A DNA stretch of 64,000 nucleotides from an uncultured Spirochaetota bacterium. GTDB lineage: Bacteria > Spirochaetota > Spirochaetia > SZUA-6 > Fen-1364. Position numbers and translations under genes: made by a program. The DNA is taken from NCBI GenBank assembly GCA_963820525.1, contig CAWGAA010000001.1, forward strand, positions 2,432,001 to 2,496,000, in the 5' to 3' direction. The notes below the pieces were generated by a model. It had not been told where the DNA came from, made no database searches, and was given only the letters and a program-made list of their open reading frames with translations. Positions within the stretch are counted from its first letter, which is position 1; every line of letters begins with the position of its first letter. This document shows positions 30,094-40,175 of this stretch, piece after piece.

Positions 30094-32289
30094 GTGAAAC
30101 TGGCGAGCATCGACAGCCCCACGACGCTCCACCGCCTGGCGGTAGACGATTCGGACTGGAACGACGAGCCTCCCGCTCGGCTCCTGTGGATGGCGCAGCT
30201 GCTCCTGCTGATCCGGCGGTTCGAGGAAACGCTCCTGGAGCTCAAGGGCAGGAACCTCGTGCACGGTCCCGTGCATTCGAGCATCGGCCAGGAGGCGGTT
30301 GCCGTCGGCGCGGCGCTGGCGCTGCGGTCATCCGACACGATCGTCGGCACCCATCGGGCGCACCATCAGTACCTGGCGAAAGTGCTGAACGCAATGGCGC
30401 CGGCGGACTTCACTCCCCTCGCCGGCGGACTGACGACCGGCATGCAGGAGGCCGTGAGAGCGCTCCTGGGCGAGATCATGGGATTGCGGGACGGATGCTG
30501 CGGCGGCCGGGGAGGCTCCATGCACCTGTTCAATCCCGAAGCGGGGGTGATGGGGACGAACGCGATCGTCGGGGGCGGGATCCCCATGGCAACCGGCGTC
30601 GCATGGGCGAACCGAATGACGGGGAGGGACGGAGTGACCGTCTGCTTCTTCGGAGACGGCGCCGTATACCAGGGAACATTGCACGAATCTGCCAATCTCG
30701 CGGCGCTGTGGAAAGCGCCGATCATCTACTTCATCGAGAACAACCAGTTCGCCGTAGCGACCAGACGGGCGGATGCCTGCTCGGCGAAAGAGCTGGCAGA
30801 TGTGGCCCAGGCCTACGGGATGCGTTCCCTCCAGGTCGACGGCATGGATCCGCTGGCCGTGATGCGCGCGGTCCGGGAGGTCGTTCGGCTTCGCACGCAG
30901 GGCTGGCTTCCCTGCTTCGTGGAAGCCGACACATACCGATTCCTTCACCACGCCGGCGGCAATCCCGGCAGCGCTTACGGCTACCGCAGCAAGGAAGAGG
31001 AGCGCAGGCGTCACGACAGGGACCCTCTGCTCAGGGTTCTTGACCGCCTGCGGAGGATGGGAATCCTCGACGACGGTACAGACCGGATATTAAAAAAGCA
31101 GGCGGAGGAGTGCATTTCTCGGGCGGTCGACTCCTGCACTGAGAAACAGGGGAATTCCGTCTCGATCAGGGAGAGGCTCTGGCCCAGGAAGGAGGATCTG
31201 GCGCTCGGTCTCCGCTCCGACGCCGATTATCACGGGGCGAGCTATGTGGAAGCCGAGGATCTGGAGTGCCGCAGGAAGCTCACCTACGTCGAGGCGATCG
31301 CGGCGGTAACGGGACGGTGGCTGGAGAAGGATTCCCGGGTGGTCGTTCTCGGCGAGGAGGTGGCCAACCTCGGGGGGGGCGCCTATGGGGCCACCAAGGG
31401 TCTCCACGCGCGGTTCCCCGGCCGGCTGATCAACACCCCGATCTCTGAGGCAGGGTTCTCGGGTCTGGCCTGCGGCGCCGCGATGAACGGCCTGCGGCCC
31501 ATCGTGGAGATCATGTTCTCCAGCTTCGCCCTCGTGGCGGCCGATCAGCTGTTCAACCAGATCGGGCAGCTGGGATACATCTACGGCGGACGATCCCCCG
31601 TCGCTCTCGTTGCGCGCATGCGCGTGGCCATCGGCCTGGGCTACGGCGCCCAGCACAGCCTCGATCCGGCGGCGCTCTTCAGCCTGTTCCCCGGATGGCG
31701 CATTTTCGCGCCCGCGACCGCCTTCGATTACATCGGGCTGTTCAACGCCGCCATGCTGGAGCAGGCTCCGACGCTGATCATCGAGCACCACGAGCTGTAC
31801 GGCCGCTCCTTCACCGTCCCGGACGGGGCGCCGGACCATCTCGTGCGGCCGGCGCGGGCGAAGATCGTCCGCCGGGGAGACGACTGCACGGTCCTCGCAT
31901 ACAGCGCCACCGTCTCCCAGTGTCTCCAGGCCGCCGAACAGCTTGCGCGCGATGGAATCGATGCCGAGGTGATCGACCTGCGGACCCTCGACGACGCCGG
32001 AGTCGACTACCGCACGATCGGCGAATCCCTGGAGAAGACCGGAGCGCTGGCCGTGGTGGAGCAGGCCCCCGCGTGCAACTCCATCGGACCGAAGATCTCC
32101 GCCGAGTGCCTGAGAAGGTTCTTCGATTCTTTCGATTGCCCCCCGGCGCTCGTTGCCGCGCCGAACGTCCCCATCCCCGTCTCACGGGAACTGGAGCGGG
32201 CATGTATCCCGACAACCGCCGACATCGTGAGAAGCGTCAGCGCCGCGGCGAGAAGGGAACAAAGCGAGAGCCGCCAACCGTCGCCTTGA
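30094..32289 (+). CDS. Fused alpha/beta E1 component of a TPP-dependent 2-oxoacid/acetoin dehydrogenase
   Basis: HSSIGQEA, GRGGSMH, TPP motif GDGA...ENN; beta part TPISEAGF, GAQHS, EVIDLRTL; start GTG 30094 approximate. Confidence 0.88.
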   Translation: MKLASIDSPTTLHRLAVDDSDWNDEPPARLLWMAQLLLLIRRFEETLLELKGRNLVHGPVHSSIGQEAVAVGAALALRSSDTIVGTHRAHHQYLAKVLNAMAPADFTPLAGGLTTGMQEAVRALLGEIMGLRDGCCGGRGGSMHLFNPEAGVMGTNAIVGGGIPMATGVAWANRMTGRDGVTVCFFGDGAVYQGTLHESANLAALWKAPIIYFIENNQFAVATRRADACSAKELADVAQAYGMRSLQVDGMDPLAVMRAVREVVRLRTQGWLPCFVEADTYRFLHHAGGNPGSAYGYRSKEEERRRHDRDPLLRVLDRLRRMGILDDGTDRILKKQAEECISRAVDSCTEKQGNSVSIRERLWPRKEDLALGLRSDADYHGASYVEAEDLECRRKLTYVEAIAAVTGRWLEKDSRVVVLGEEVANLGGGAYGATKGLHARFPGRLINTPISEAGFSGLACGAAMNGLRPIVEIMFSSFALVAADQLFNQIGQLGYIYGGRSPVALVARMRVAIGLGYGAQHSLDPAALFSLFPGWRIFAPATAFDYIGLFNAAMLEQAPTLIIEHHELYGRSFTVPDGAPDHLVRPARAKIVRRGDDCTVLAYSATVSQCLQAAEQLARDGIDAEVIDLRTLDDAGVDYRTIGESLEKTGALAVVEQAPACNSIGPKISAECLRRFFDSFDCPPALVAAPNVPIPVSRELERACIPTTADIVRSVSAAARREQSESRQPSP

Positions 32290-32314
32290 CTCTTTTTCCC
32301 GCGATTATTACTAT
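32286..32314 (+). promoter_or_regulatory. Sigma70-type promoter upstream of parE
   Basis: TTGACT-17 nt-TACTAT in an AT-rich intergenic stretch. Confidence 0.6.
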
Positions 32315-32391
32315 TTTTTGAAACTGGGATGCCCCTTCTTCTTCCGAAAGCAGTGAGAATCAATTCGCGTATACAAGTAGAGGATACCCCT

Positions 32392-34218
32392 ATGGCAAAA
32401 ACATCCGTAAAATACGACGAAAAAACCATACAGACCCTGGATGCCCTGGAGCATATCCGCCTTCGAACCGGCATGTACGTCGGCCGGCTGGGAGACGGCT
32501 CCAACCCCATGGACGGCATCTACGTGCTCTTGAAGGAAGTCATCGACAACAGCGTGGACGAGTTCATCATGGGTGAGGGCAGGGCCGTCGAGATCACGCG
32601 AAAGAAGGACACGGTCACCGTCCGCGACTACGGCCGCGGCATCCCCCTGGGCAAGGTCATCGACTGCGTGAGCAAGGTGAACACGGGCGGCAAGTTCAAC
32701 GACGACGTGTTCCAGTTCTCGGTGGGCTTGAACGGCATCGGCACAAAGGCGGTGAACGCCCTTTCCCAGGAGTTCGAGGTGATGAGCTATCGGGAGGGGA
32801 AGTTCGTGCAGGGCCTCTTCAAGGAGGGGAAGCTGGTGAGCCAGAAGGAGGGCAGGGACCCCAAGGCCAAGCGCGGAACCGCCATCCGCTTCACCCCGGA
32901 CCCCAAGATTTTCGGCTCCTACGCGTGGAACGACGAGTTCATCTTAAAACGCCTGCGCTACTATGCATACCTCAACAGCGGCCTGGCCCTCGTGTACAAC
33001 GGAAAGACAGTCGTGAGCGACAAGGGGCTTCGCGACCTTCTGGAAGAGGAGATCGGAGAGGAGTCCACCCTCTACGGCATCGCCCACTTCAAGAACGGCC
33101 ACCTCGAGTTCGCCTTCACCCATACCGGCAACTTCGGCGAGAACTATTTCAGCTTCGTGAACGGCCAGTTCACGATCGACGGCGGCACCCACCAGACCGC
33201 TTTCCGCCTGGGGGTGCTCAAGGCCATCGACGTGTACGCCGGGGTGAGCTTCTCCGCGGAGGACGTGCGGGAAGGCATGATCGGAGCCATTGCGATCAAG
33301 CTGAAGGACCCCATATTCGAAAGCCAGACCAAGCACAAACTGGGCAACAACGAGATCCGGGGCTGGATCGCCGACGAGGTGAAGCAGCAGACCCTCCTGT
33401 GGCTGCACAAGAACGAGGCGGAGGGCAGGAAGCTCGTCGAGAAGATCAAGGCGAACGAGCGGATCAGGAAAGAGCTTTCCACCATCAAGAAGCAGGCGCG
33501 CGAGCTCGCCCGCAAGGTGGAGATCCACATCCCCAAGCTCACGGACTGCAAGGTCCATTTCGACGACGAGCGCGACAAGCGGCGGGAGGAGACCAGCATC
33601 TTCCTCACGGAAGGGGACTCGGCGGGCGGCGCGATGATCCAGGCGCGGGACGTGCATACCCAGGCCATCTTCTCGCTGAAGGGAAAACCGCTGAACGTCT
33701 ACGGCCTGAAGCGCGACACGGTCTACAAGAACGAGGAGCTGTACAACATCATGCGCGCCCTGGGCATCGAGGACGGCCTAGATGGTCTTCGCTACGCCAA
33801 GGTGATCATCGCCACTGACGCGGACGTGGACGGGATGCACATCAGGAACCTGCTCCTCACCTACTTCCTCCACTATTTCGAGGAGCTGGTCATGAAGGGC
33901 CATGTCTACATCCTGGAGACGCCGCTTTTCCGCGTGCGTACGAAAAACGAAACGGTCTACTGCTACAGCGAGGAGGCGCGGGACCAGGCCGTGAAGCGGA
34001 TGAAGCAGCCCGAGGTGACCCGCTTCAAGGGTCTTGGCGAGATCAGCCCCAAGGAGTTCAAGCAGTTCATCTCGGACGACATCCGGCTGACCCCGGTTCA
34101 GATCCAGTCCATGGGAAACGTCCACAAGACCCTGGAGTTCCTCATGGGGAAGAACACCCCGGAGAGAAAGAAGTTCATCGTCAGCAACCTCATTACCGAC
34201 GCGGTGCAGGGGGCGTGA
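32392..34218 (+). CDS. parE: DNA topoisomerase IV subunit B
   Basis: HIRLRTGMYVG, EVIDNSVDE, DYGRGIP, TEGDSA, ATDADVDG, RFKGLGE. Confidence 0.9.
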   Translation: MAKTSVKYDEKTIQTLDALEHIRLRTGMYVGRLGDGSNPMDGIYVLLKEVIDNSVDEFIMGEGRAVEITRKKDTVTVRDYGRGIPLGKVIDCVSKVNTGGKFNDDVFQFSVGLNGIGTKAVNALSQEFEVMSYREGKFVQGLFKEGKLVSQKEGRDPKAKRGTAIRFTPDPKIFGSYAWNDEFILKRLRYYAYLNSGLALVYNGKTVVSDKGLRDLLEEEIGEESTLYGIAHFKNGHLEFAFTHTGNFGENYFSFVNGQFTIDGGTHQTAFRLGVLKAIDVYAGVSFSAEDVREGMIGAIAIKLKDPIFESQTKHKLGNNEIRGWIADEVKQQTLLWLHKNEAEGRKLVEKIKANERIRKELSTIKKQARELARKVEIHIPKLTDCKVHFDDERDKRREETSIFLTEGDSAGGAMIQARDVHTQAIFSLKGKPLNVYGLKRDTVYKNEELYNIMRALGIEDGLDGLRYAKVIIATDADVDGMHIRNLLLTYFLHYFEELVMKGHVYILETPLFRVRTKNETVYCYSEEARDQAVKRMKQPEVTRFKGLGEISPKEFKQFISDDIRLTPVQIQSMGNVHKTLEFLMGKNTPERKKFIVSNLITDAVQGA

Positions 34219-34276
34219 ACGCTTTGACGGGGCGGCGCGCCTTTAGTGCGCGGCCGCGGCGTTTGAAAGGATTGTC

Positions 34277-36178
34277 ATGAGCCAGCTCAAGCCGCTGATG
34301 GAGAAGAACTTCCTCGAATACGCCAGTTACGTCATCATCGACCGCGCCATCCCGGACCTCCGGGACGGGTGCAAGCCCGTGCAGAGGCGCATCCTCGCCA
34401 CGCTCTTCGAGATGCACGACGGGAAGTTCCACAAAGTGGCCAACGTGATCGGGGAGACCATGAAGCTCCACCCCCACGGGGAAGTCTCCATCGGAGACGC
34501 CCTGGTGGTGCTGGCCAACAAGGAATACTTCATCGAGAGGCAGGGCAACTTCGGCAATATCATCACGGGCCACGAAGCCGCCGCGCCGCGCTACATCGAG
34601 TGCCGCCTCACGCCCCTTGCCGTGGAGACCCTGTTCAACAAGGCCCTCACCGAGTTCATCCCCAGCTACGACGGGCGCAAGCTCGAGCCTCTGGAGCTTC
34701 CCGCCAAGGTGCCGGTGCTCCTCATGCTGGGGGCGGACGGGATCGCGGTGGGCATGTCCACCACGATCCTTCCCCACAACTTCATCGAGCTCCTGGAGGC
34801 TCAAATAGGCATCCTCAAGGGGGAGAGCGTCGAGCTGTACCCCGATTTCCTCCAGGGCGGCTTCATCGATGTCTCAGACTACCGGGACGGCAAGGGCAGG
34901 GTGCGCATCCGCGCGCGAATCGACCAGGGGGCGCACAAGCTGGTGATCCGCGAGGTACCCTACTCCACAACCACCACCAGCCTCATCGCCTCGATAGAGA
35001 ACGCGGTGCAGAAGGGCAAGGTGAGCGTCAGCACCATCTCGGACTTCACAACGGACAGGGTGGAGATCGAGCTTCACCTCTCGCGCGGAGCCACACCGGA
35101 GAAGGTGGTGGACCAGCTCTACGCCCACACCGACTGCGAGGTGTCGATCAACTCCAACATCGTTGTCATCCGCGGAAACAGGCCCATAGAGATCGGGGTC
35201 TCGGAGTACCTGGAAGAGTTCACCTCCATCCTCAAGAAGCAGGTCAAGGCGGAGCTGGAGCACGAGCTGGCCGTGCTCGAGGATAGAAGACACTGGCTCA
35301 CCCTGGAGCAGATCTTCATCGAGAACCGCGTCTACAAGCACATCGAGAAGGCGGCCACGGAAGAGGCGGTGCGCAAGCAGGTCTTCGAGGGGATGAAGCC
35401 GTTCAAGAAGAGCTTCGTCCGCCCCATGACGGATGATGACGTCACGCGCTTGCTGGATCTGAGGATCAGGCGGATCTCGGCCTATGACATCAAGAGAAAC
35501 CGGGGGGACATCGACGACATTGTCGCGGCCATCAAGCAGGCCAACGCAAAGCTTCGAAACCTCACCAAGACGGCGGTCGCGTGGCTGCTCGGGCTCATCG
35601 AAAGCTACGGGGAGCGCTACCCGCGGCGCACCCTCATCGAGACGTTCCACACGGTGGACAAGCTCGCCGTGGCGCGGGCAAACATCCGCCTCACGTATGA
35701 CCGCGACTCAAGCTTCTTCGGCTCCAGCGTCCGCGGCTCCGAGTTCGTGATGAACGTGACGGAGTACGACAAGATCCTGGCAATAACCTCGGACGGCACC
35801 TACCGCGTCATGACGCCGCCGGAGAAGGCATGGATGCCGGGCGTCCTGTTGTACGCGGCCGTGTTCGACTCCAAGAAGGGCGCCGGGTTCACCGTCATCT
35901 ACCGCGACGCGAACAAAGCCGCCTGGGGAAAGAAGGTGCGCATCGAGCGGTTCATCACGAACAAGGTCTACCCGCTCGTGAAGGAAGGGTCCCTCGGGAT
36001 AGACTTTCTTTCGGACAAGAAGGCGCCGGGGACGGTCGTGCTCCACATGGTCCCGGCCAAGCGGCAGAAGCAGAAATCGATCACGGTGGACCTTGGCAAG
36101 CTTCCCCCCTGCGGCCTCGCGGCGCGGGGAACGCGCCTCACCGCCAAGGCGATGGAGCGTGTGGAGCAAAAACCATGA
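34277..36178 (+). CDS. parC: DNA topoisomerase IV subunit A
   Basis: RAIPDLRDGCKPVQRRIL, HPHG, catalytic Tyr in AAPRYIE; no GyrA-box, short CTD. Confidence 0.88.
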   Translation: MSQLKPLMEKNFLEYASYVIIDRAIPDLRDGCKPVQRRILATLFEMHDGKFHKVANVIGETMKLHPHGEVSIGDALVVLANKEYFIERQGNFGNIITGHEAAAPRYIECRLTPLAVETLFNKALTEFIPSYDGRKLEPLELPAKVPVLLMLGADGIAVGMSTTILPHNFIELLEAQIGILKGESVELYPDFLQGGFIDVSDYRDGKGRVRIRARIDQGAHKLVIREVPYSTTTTSLIASIENAVQKGKVSVSTISDFTTDRVEIELHLSRGATPEKVVDQLYAHTDCEVSINSNIVVIRGNRPIEIGVSEYLEEFTSILKKQVKAELEHELAVLEDRRHWLTLEQIFIENRVYKHIEKAATEEAVRKQVFEGMKPFKKSFVRPMTDDDVTRLLDLRIRRISAYDIKRNRGDIDDIVAAIKQANAKLRNLTKTAVAWLLGLIESYGERYPRRTLIETFHTVDKLAVARANIRLTYDRDSSFFGSSVRGSEFVMNVTEYDKILAITSDGTYRVMTPPEKAWMPGVLLYAAVFDSKKGAGFTVIYRDANKAAWGKKVRIERFITNKVYPLVKEGSLGIDFLSDKKAPGTVVLHMVPAKRQKQKSITVDLGKLPPCGLAARGTRLTAKAMERVEQKP

Positions 36179-36912
36179 GCGATTTTTCAAAAAGCGAATG
36201 GTCCGATGCATCAAGCGCGCAGGCCTTCATCGACGAGGCGCAGAGGTACATACCGGAGCGCGCGCGCATGTACCGCCTTCTCGCTTCTTTCCTGAAACAG
36301 GCTGTGGCGCCCCGCTTCCCGTCGAAGCGGCTCTCCGTCGTCGAGTTTGGCTCCGGCGACGGGGCGCTCTCCCAGACGATACTGCGCGAGAATCCGGGGA
36401 TCCGGCTCGTGCTCCTTGACGGCTCTCAAGAGATGCTGGAGGGCGCGCGCCGGAGGTTTTCCGGGGCAGCCGACGTCGACTGTCTCCACGCCACGTTCCA
36501 GGAGCTTCTCGCGGGAAAGCCCATGCCCGGGCCGAATCACTTCGTCGTATCGTCACTTGCCATCCACCACCTCGTGCTCGAGGAAAAAAGGAGGCTCTTC
36601 AGGCTCGCCGGGGACAGCCTGGAGACGCACGGAGCCTTCGTGAACATCGATGTCGTTCTCCCCCCGCCAGGCTCCCTTGACGCGTGGTACCATGAGCTGT
36701 GGCGAGAGTGGATCGAAGCCAATGATGGTATCGTGGCGGACGGGAAAACCTTCACTCATGTCCCGATGAAGGCCAAGTGCAATCCGGACAACATGCCGGA
36801 CACCCTCGAGGCGCAGTTGGAAGCTCTCCGCGATGCGGGCTTTGCGCCCGTGGACACCTTCTTCAAGTGCGGGGTGTTCGCCGTATTCGGAGGGTTCAAG
36901 CCGGCAGCGTAG
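36175..36912 (+). CDS. Class I SAM-dependent methyltransferase
   Basis: VVEFGSGDG, LDGSQEML, SSLAIHHL; ATGA overlap with the parC stop. Confidence 0.85.
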   Translation: MSDFSKSEWSDASSAQAFIDEAQRYIPERARMYRLLASFLKQAVAPRFPSKRLSVVEFGSGDGALSQTILRENPGIRLVLLDGSQEMLEGARRRFSGAADVDCLHATFQELLAGKPMPGPNHFVVSSLAIHHLVLEEKRRLFRLAGDSLETHGAFVNIDVVLPPPGSLDAWYHELWREWIEANDGIVADGKTFTHVPMKAKCNPDNMPDTLEAQLEALRDAGFAPVDTFFKCGVFAVFGGFKPAA

Positions 36913-36940
36913 GCGCGCTGTGCGCGGCGGGCCGGGCCTT

Positions 36941-39079
36941 TCAGGTCCTGCGCAGGACCACGAGCGACACGTCGTCTGCGAGCTTGCCGCCGAACTTCTT
37001 CATGTCTCCGGATTCGGCGAAGGCCGCCACGGAATCCATGATCGCCGTGATGATGGAGTCCGGGTCCTGCCCGATATTCTGGCGGAAGACGAGCTTGAGG
37101 TTCTCCAGCCCGTACTGCTCATCCCTCTGGTTCTTGGCCTCTATGGCGCCATCGGTGTAGAGCAGAAGCACGTCCCCCTTCTCCATGGAGAAGGATCCCT
37201 CGGACTGCTTGGAGCTCACGTACTCGGTCAGCCCGAGGAAGGCCGTCTTGTCGATCATGTCGCGAAGCTCAACCACCGCGTCAGGGGCTTTCCTGTAGAG
37301 AAGGGCAATGAGGTGGGTGCCCGCGTGGGTGAAGGTGCCGTTTCTCTCGACGAGCACGCTGCACGTCATGAACTTGTCGCTTCCAATCCGTTTCTTGTTG
37401 ATGCTGCAAAGGACCTTGTTGATGATGTCGTAGACGTCGGAGATGGCGAGCTCGCGCTTGAGGGCCTGGGACGTGAAGAGCGCCCCGTGCAGGGCCGACA
37501 TGTGAATGAGGGCCATCATTCCCGCGGGAAGGCCGTGTCCGGCGACGTCGCCGATGTCGATGTAGTTTCCGAACTCCATGGGGAAAAAGTCGTAGAGATC
37601 GCCGCCGACCTCGCTGGCGGTGGTCATGGCGCACGAGGCCTCGTAGCCCGGAAGCGAGAGGGAGCGGGGAACGATCGAGGTCTGGATGCCGCGGGCGATG
37701 TCCATCTCCCCGGAGAGGCGGTTCTTCTCCTGCTGGGTCTGCTTTCCCGACATGATGGCGAAGATGATGGAGAGGTTCCCCGTGAGGTTCCTGATGGTCG
37801 TGTCCTCTTGGGGAAGAATCTGGTCGAACTCCGTCTTGAAAAGAACCACGAACCCGGTGAGCTCCTCGTGGTTGAAGACGGGGTACGCCGCTATAAGGCG
37901 GAAGACTCCCTTGAATTGCGGCGGGATGGGAATGATCACCCTGTCCTTGGACTGGAGCATGTCCTTTACCGCCAACTCGCCCATGTCGGTAATGCTCTCG
38001 CGGGCGGCGCCCTGGATGTCCGGCAGTCGGTACACCTGCTGCATGATGAGAGCGTTGATCTCCCTCTGGGAGATGCGCTTCACGGCATCCAGCTTGATGA
38101 GCGGGACGCAATAGTTGAGGATCATCTCGGGGGAATCCACCTGGAGAATGTCCCCCTTCTTGCGGTAGGCCATCACCGCGTTGAACCTCATCGTCGTGAC
38201 GGCAAGACTCCGCTGGGCGGCTTCCAGGAACGTGGACAGCGTTTCCTTGATCATCCGGTAATCCTCTTCGGCATTGCTGGCGATGACACGGTTGATGATC
38301 TCGGTGCGCGATTTTTCAGCTTGCGCCAGCTTCGCGTGAAGGTCGTTCAGGTGGAACATCCTATAGAGGAAATACTCGTGGAATGCGCTCACCGCGAACA
38401 CTATGGTGGGGATGATGAAGGGGAAAAAGGGCGAGGTCGTGAGAAAATTTAGCGAAAAAATGCCCGGAATCAGCATGAGCGCGATGAAAATGTTGAACAG
38501 GGTGAAGGGGTACTTCCGCTGGCGGATGATTCCCTCGTGGAACTTGAACAGGCGGTTGGTGTAATTCGCACAGACGAACAGCGAGGCCGTGAAGAGGAGG
38601 TACAGCCAGTTTGCCACCCCCTGGTAGGGGCGCATGGCCTCGGAATCGATTGCCGGGGCGCTTGCGAAGAGCTGGGCAAGCCCCACGCCCGTCATCAGGG
38701 GGAACAGCACCGTCATCACGATGAATAAGGCGCCGGAGATGGCGAGGAAAATGTATAACGGCCGGAGGCGCGTCTTGAAATCGTCGAAGAGGAAGCTCTT
38801 CCTGATTCGCTGCACGTGGACGGAGTATTCGAGGACGAACAGCGTCCCAAAGGAAAAAAGAGAAAGGAGCGACGCCAGAGGCTTGTAGAACGTCCTCTGG
38901 TTCTCCCCCAAAAGGATTGTGAAGACCAGAAGGACGAGCCCCGAGAATGCGAGCATGATGATGGAGACGAGGAAAACGGCCGGCCTTTTGCCGTATTCGG
39001 TCCGCTTCGCCGCGTCGTACCACAGCACCAGGGAAGCAGCCGAGACCGCGAGGTAGCTGAAGAAGAGGAAGTCCGTCAT
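36941..39079 (-). CDS. Membrane-bound PP2C/SpoIIE (RsbU/SiaA-like) serine phosphatase
   Basis: Multi-TM N-terminus; EMDIARGIQTSI, EVGGDLYD, GDVAGHG, YTDGAIEA, DDVSLVV. Confidence 0.9.
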   Translation of the reverse strand: MTDFLFFSYLAVSAASLVLWYDAAKRTEYGKRPAVFLVSIIMLAFSGLVLLVFTILLGENQRTFYKPLASLLSLFSFGTLFVLEYSVHVQRIRKSFLFDDFKTRLRPLYIFLAISGALFIVMTVLFPLMTGVGLAQLFASAPAIDSEAMRPYQGVANWLYLLFTASLFVCANYTNRLFKFHEGIIRQRKYPFTLFNIFIALMLIPGIFSLNFLTTSPFFPFIIPTIVFAVSAFHEYFLYRMFHLNDLHAKLAQAEKSRTEIINRVIASNAEEDYRMIKETLSTFLEAAQRSLAVTTMRFNAVMAYRKKGDILQVDSPEMILNYCVPLIKLDAVKRISQREINALIMQQVYRLPDIQGAARESITDMGELAVKDMLQSKDRVIIPIPPQFKGVFRLIAAYPVFNHEELTGFVVLFKTEFDQILPQEDTTIRNLTGNLSIIFAIMSGKQTQQEKNRLSGEMDIARGIQTSIVPRSLSLPGYEASCAMTTASEVGGDLYDFFPMEFGNYIDIGDVAGHGLPAGMMALIHMSALHGALFTSQALKRELAISDVYDIINKVLCSINKKRIGSDKFMTCSVLVERNGTFTHAGTHLIALLYRKAPDAVVELRDMIDKTAFLGLTEYVSSKQSEGSFSMEKGDVLLLYTDGAIEAKNQRDEQYGLENLKLVFRQNIGQDPDSIITAIMDSVAAFAESGDMKKFGGKLADDVSLVVLRRT

Positions 39080-39098
39080 AAACGCCTCCTAGAAAGCT

Positions 39099-40175
39099 CT
39101 AATAGTGGTCCAGGACCTGCCGCAGCCGCCGGATCTTCTGCTGGATGGCGTCCACCTGATTCGAGGAGGCTTCCGCCTGAATCCGGCCCGCCAGTTCCCG
39201 GGTCTTGGCAATGATGTCCTTGCTGATCGTCTGCTGCTCCGACGCCTTTTCCTTGGAGAGGTTGCTCACCGTGCGAATGATCTCCACCGCCAGAATGACG
39301 CCCTGAAGCGCACCCGCGACGGAGAGAAGCGAATCCTTCTCCTTCTCGATCTCCCCCGAGGTCACCGTGGTGTGCTCCACAACCTTTCGGACGATCTCCT
39401 GGATATGGGTGACGAAGTCCTCGATGTTCTTCAGCGAGTTCTCGGTTTCCTGGGCGAGCTTTCGGATCTCCTTGGCAACCACGTCGAAGGCCCTGCCGTG
39501 AGCACCCGCGCGCGTGGCCACGACGGATGCATTTATCGAAAGCACATATGTCTTGGAGGAGATTTCGGACATCATCTCCAGTATCCCGACGATCTTTTTC
39601 GACTCATCGTAGAGCCGCCGGGTTTCCTCCAGGGACGCCCCCAGCTCCCCCGTCAGCTCCCTGACCTTGGCCTGAACCTGCTCGGAAAGGGCAAAGGCCT
39701 TTTCCGCGGTCCCCGCGAGGTTATCGGAGATATCGAAGGCCTTCTTGGAATTGTCGAAGATCGACTTGGAGTTGGACTCGAGCCGCTCGATGCTCTGCCC
39801 GAACGAGGTCCAGGCCTCCGAGAAGGACTCTGGGCGCGGGGCCTTCTGGAGCAGGAGCTCCGCTTCTTCCCAGCTCTTCTTCCATTCTTCCCACACGGAT
39901 CTGTCCGGGAGAGCGAGATCGGGCTCCGGGGAAGGGACCGCAGCTTGCTGCCCTTCGAGTGACTGGGCGGAAAAGCCGGCGGAAGCCTCGTCCGCCGGAA
40001 GCGCCCGCCCCTCGCGGGAAAGGATGAGGGAGACCGCCCACGCGACGAGGAAGCCCGCCGCGATGACGGCGCTCCTCACCACGGCGGAGGAAACGAGCCA
40101 TGAGGTGGCAATACAGACGGCCGCGAGCGCGAGAATGATGATGAGCGCCACCGAAGCCCGAGAGCGGTTATTCAA
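39099..40175 (-). CDS. Short methyl-accepting chemotaxis-like protein
   Basis: Two adjacent TMs; hairpin tip TYVLSINASVVATRAGAHGRAFDVVAKEIRKLA; TTG start overlaps the upstream gene. Confidence 0.85.
   Translation of the reverse strand: MNNRSRASVALIIILALAAVCIATSWLVSSAVVRSAVIAAGFLVAWAVSLILSREGRALPADEASAGFSAQSLEGQQAAVPSPEPDLALPDRSVWEEWKKSWEEAELLLQKAPRPESFSEAWTSFGQSIERLESNSKSIFDNSKKAFDISDNLAGTAEKAFALSEQVQAKVRELTGELGASLEETRRLYDESKKIVGILEMMSEISSKTYVLSINASVVATRAGAHGRAFDVVAKEIRKLAQETENSLKNIEDFVTHIQEIVRKVVEHTTVTSGEIEKEKDSLLSVAGALQGVILAVEIIRTVSNLSKEKASEQQTISKDIIAKTRELAGRIQAEASSNQVDAIQQKIRRLRQVLDHY

Noticed and set aside
32392..36178. gyrB/gyrA
   Set aside because: The A subunit is short with no GyrA-box, and the sequence motifs fit the topoisomerase IV type
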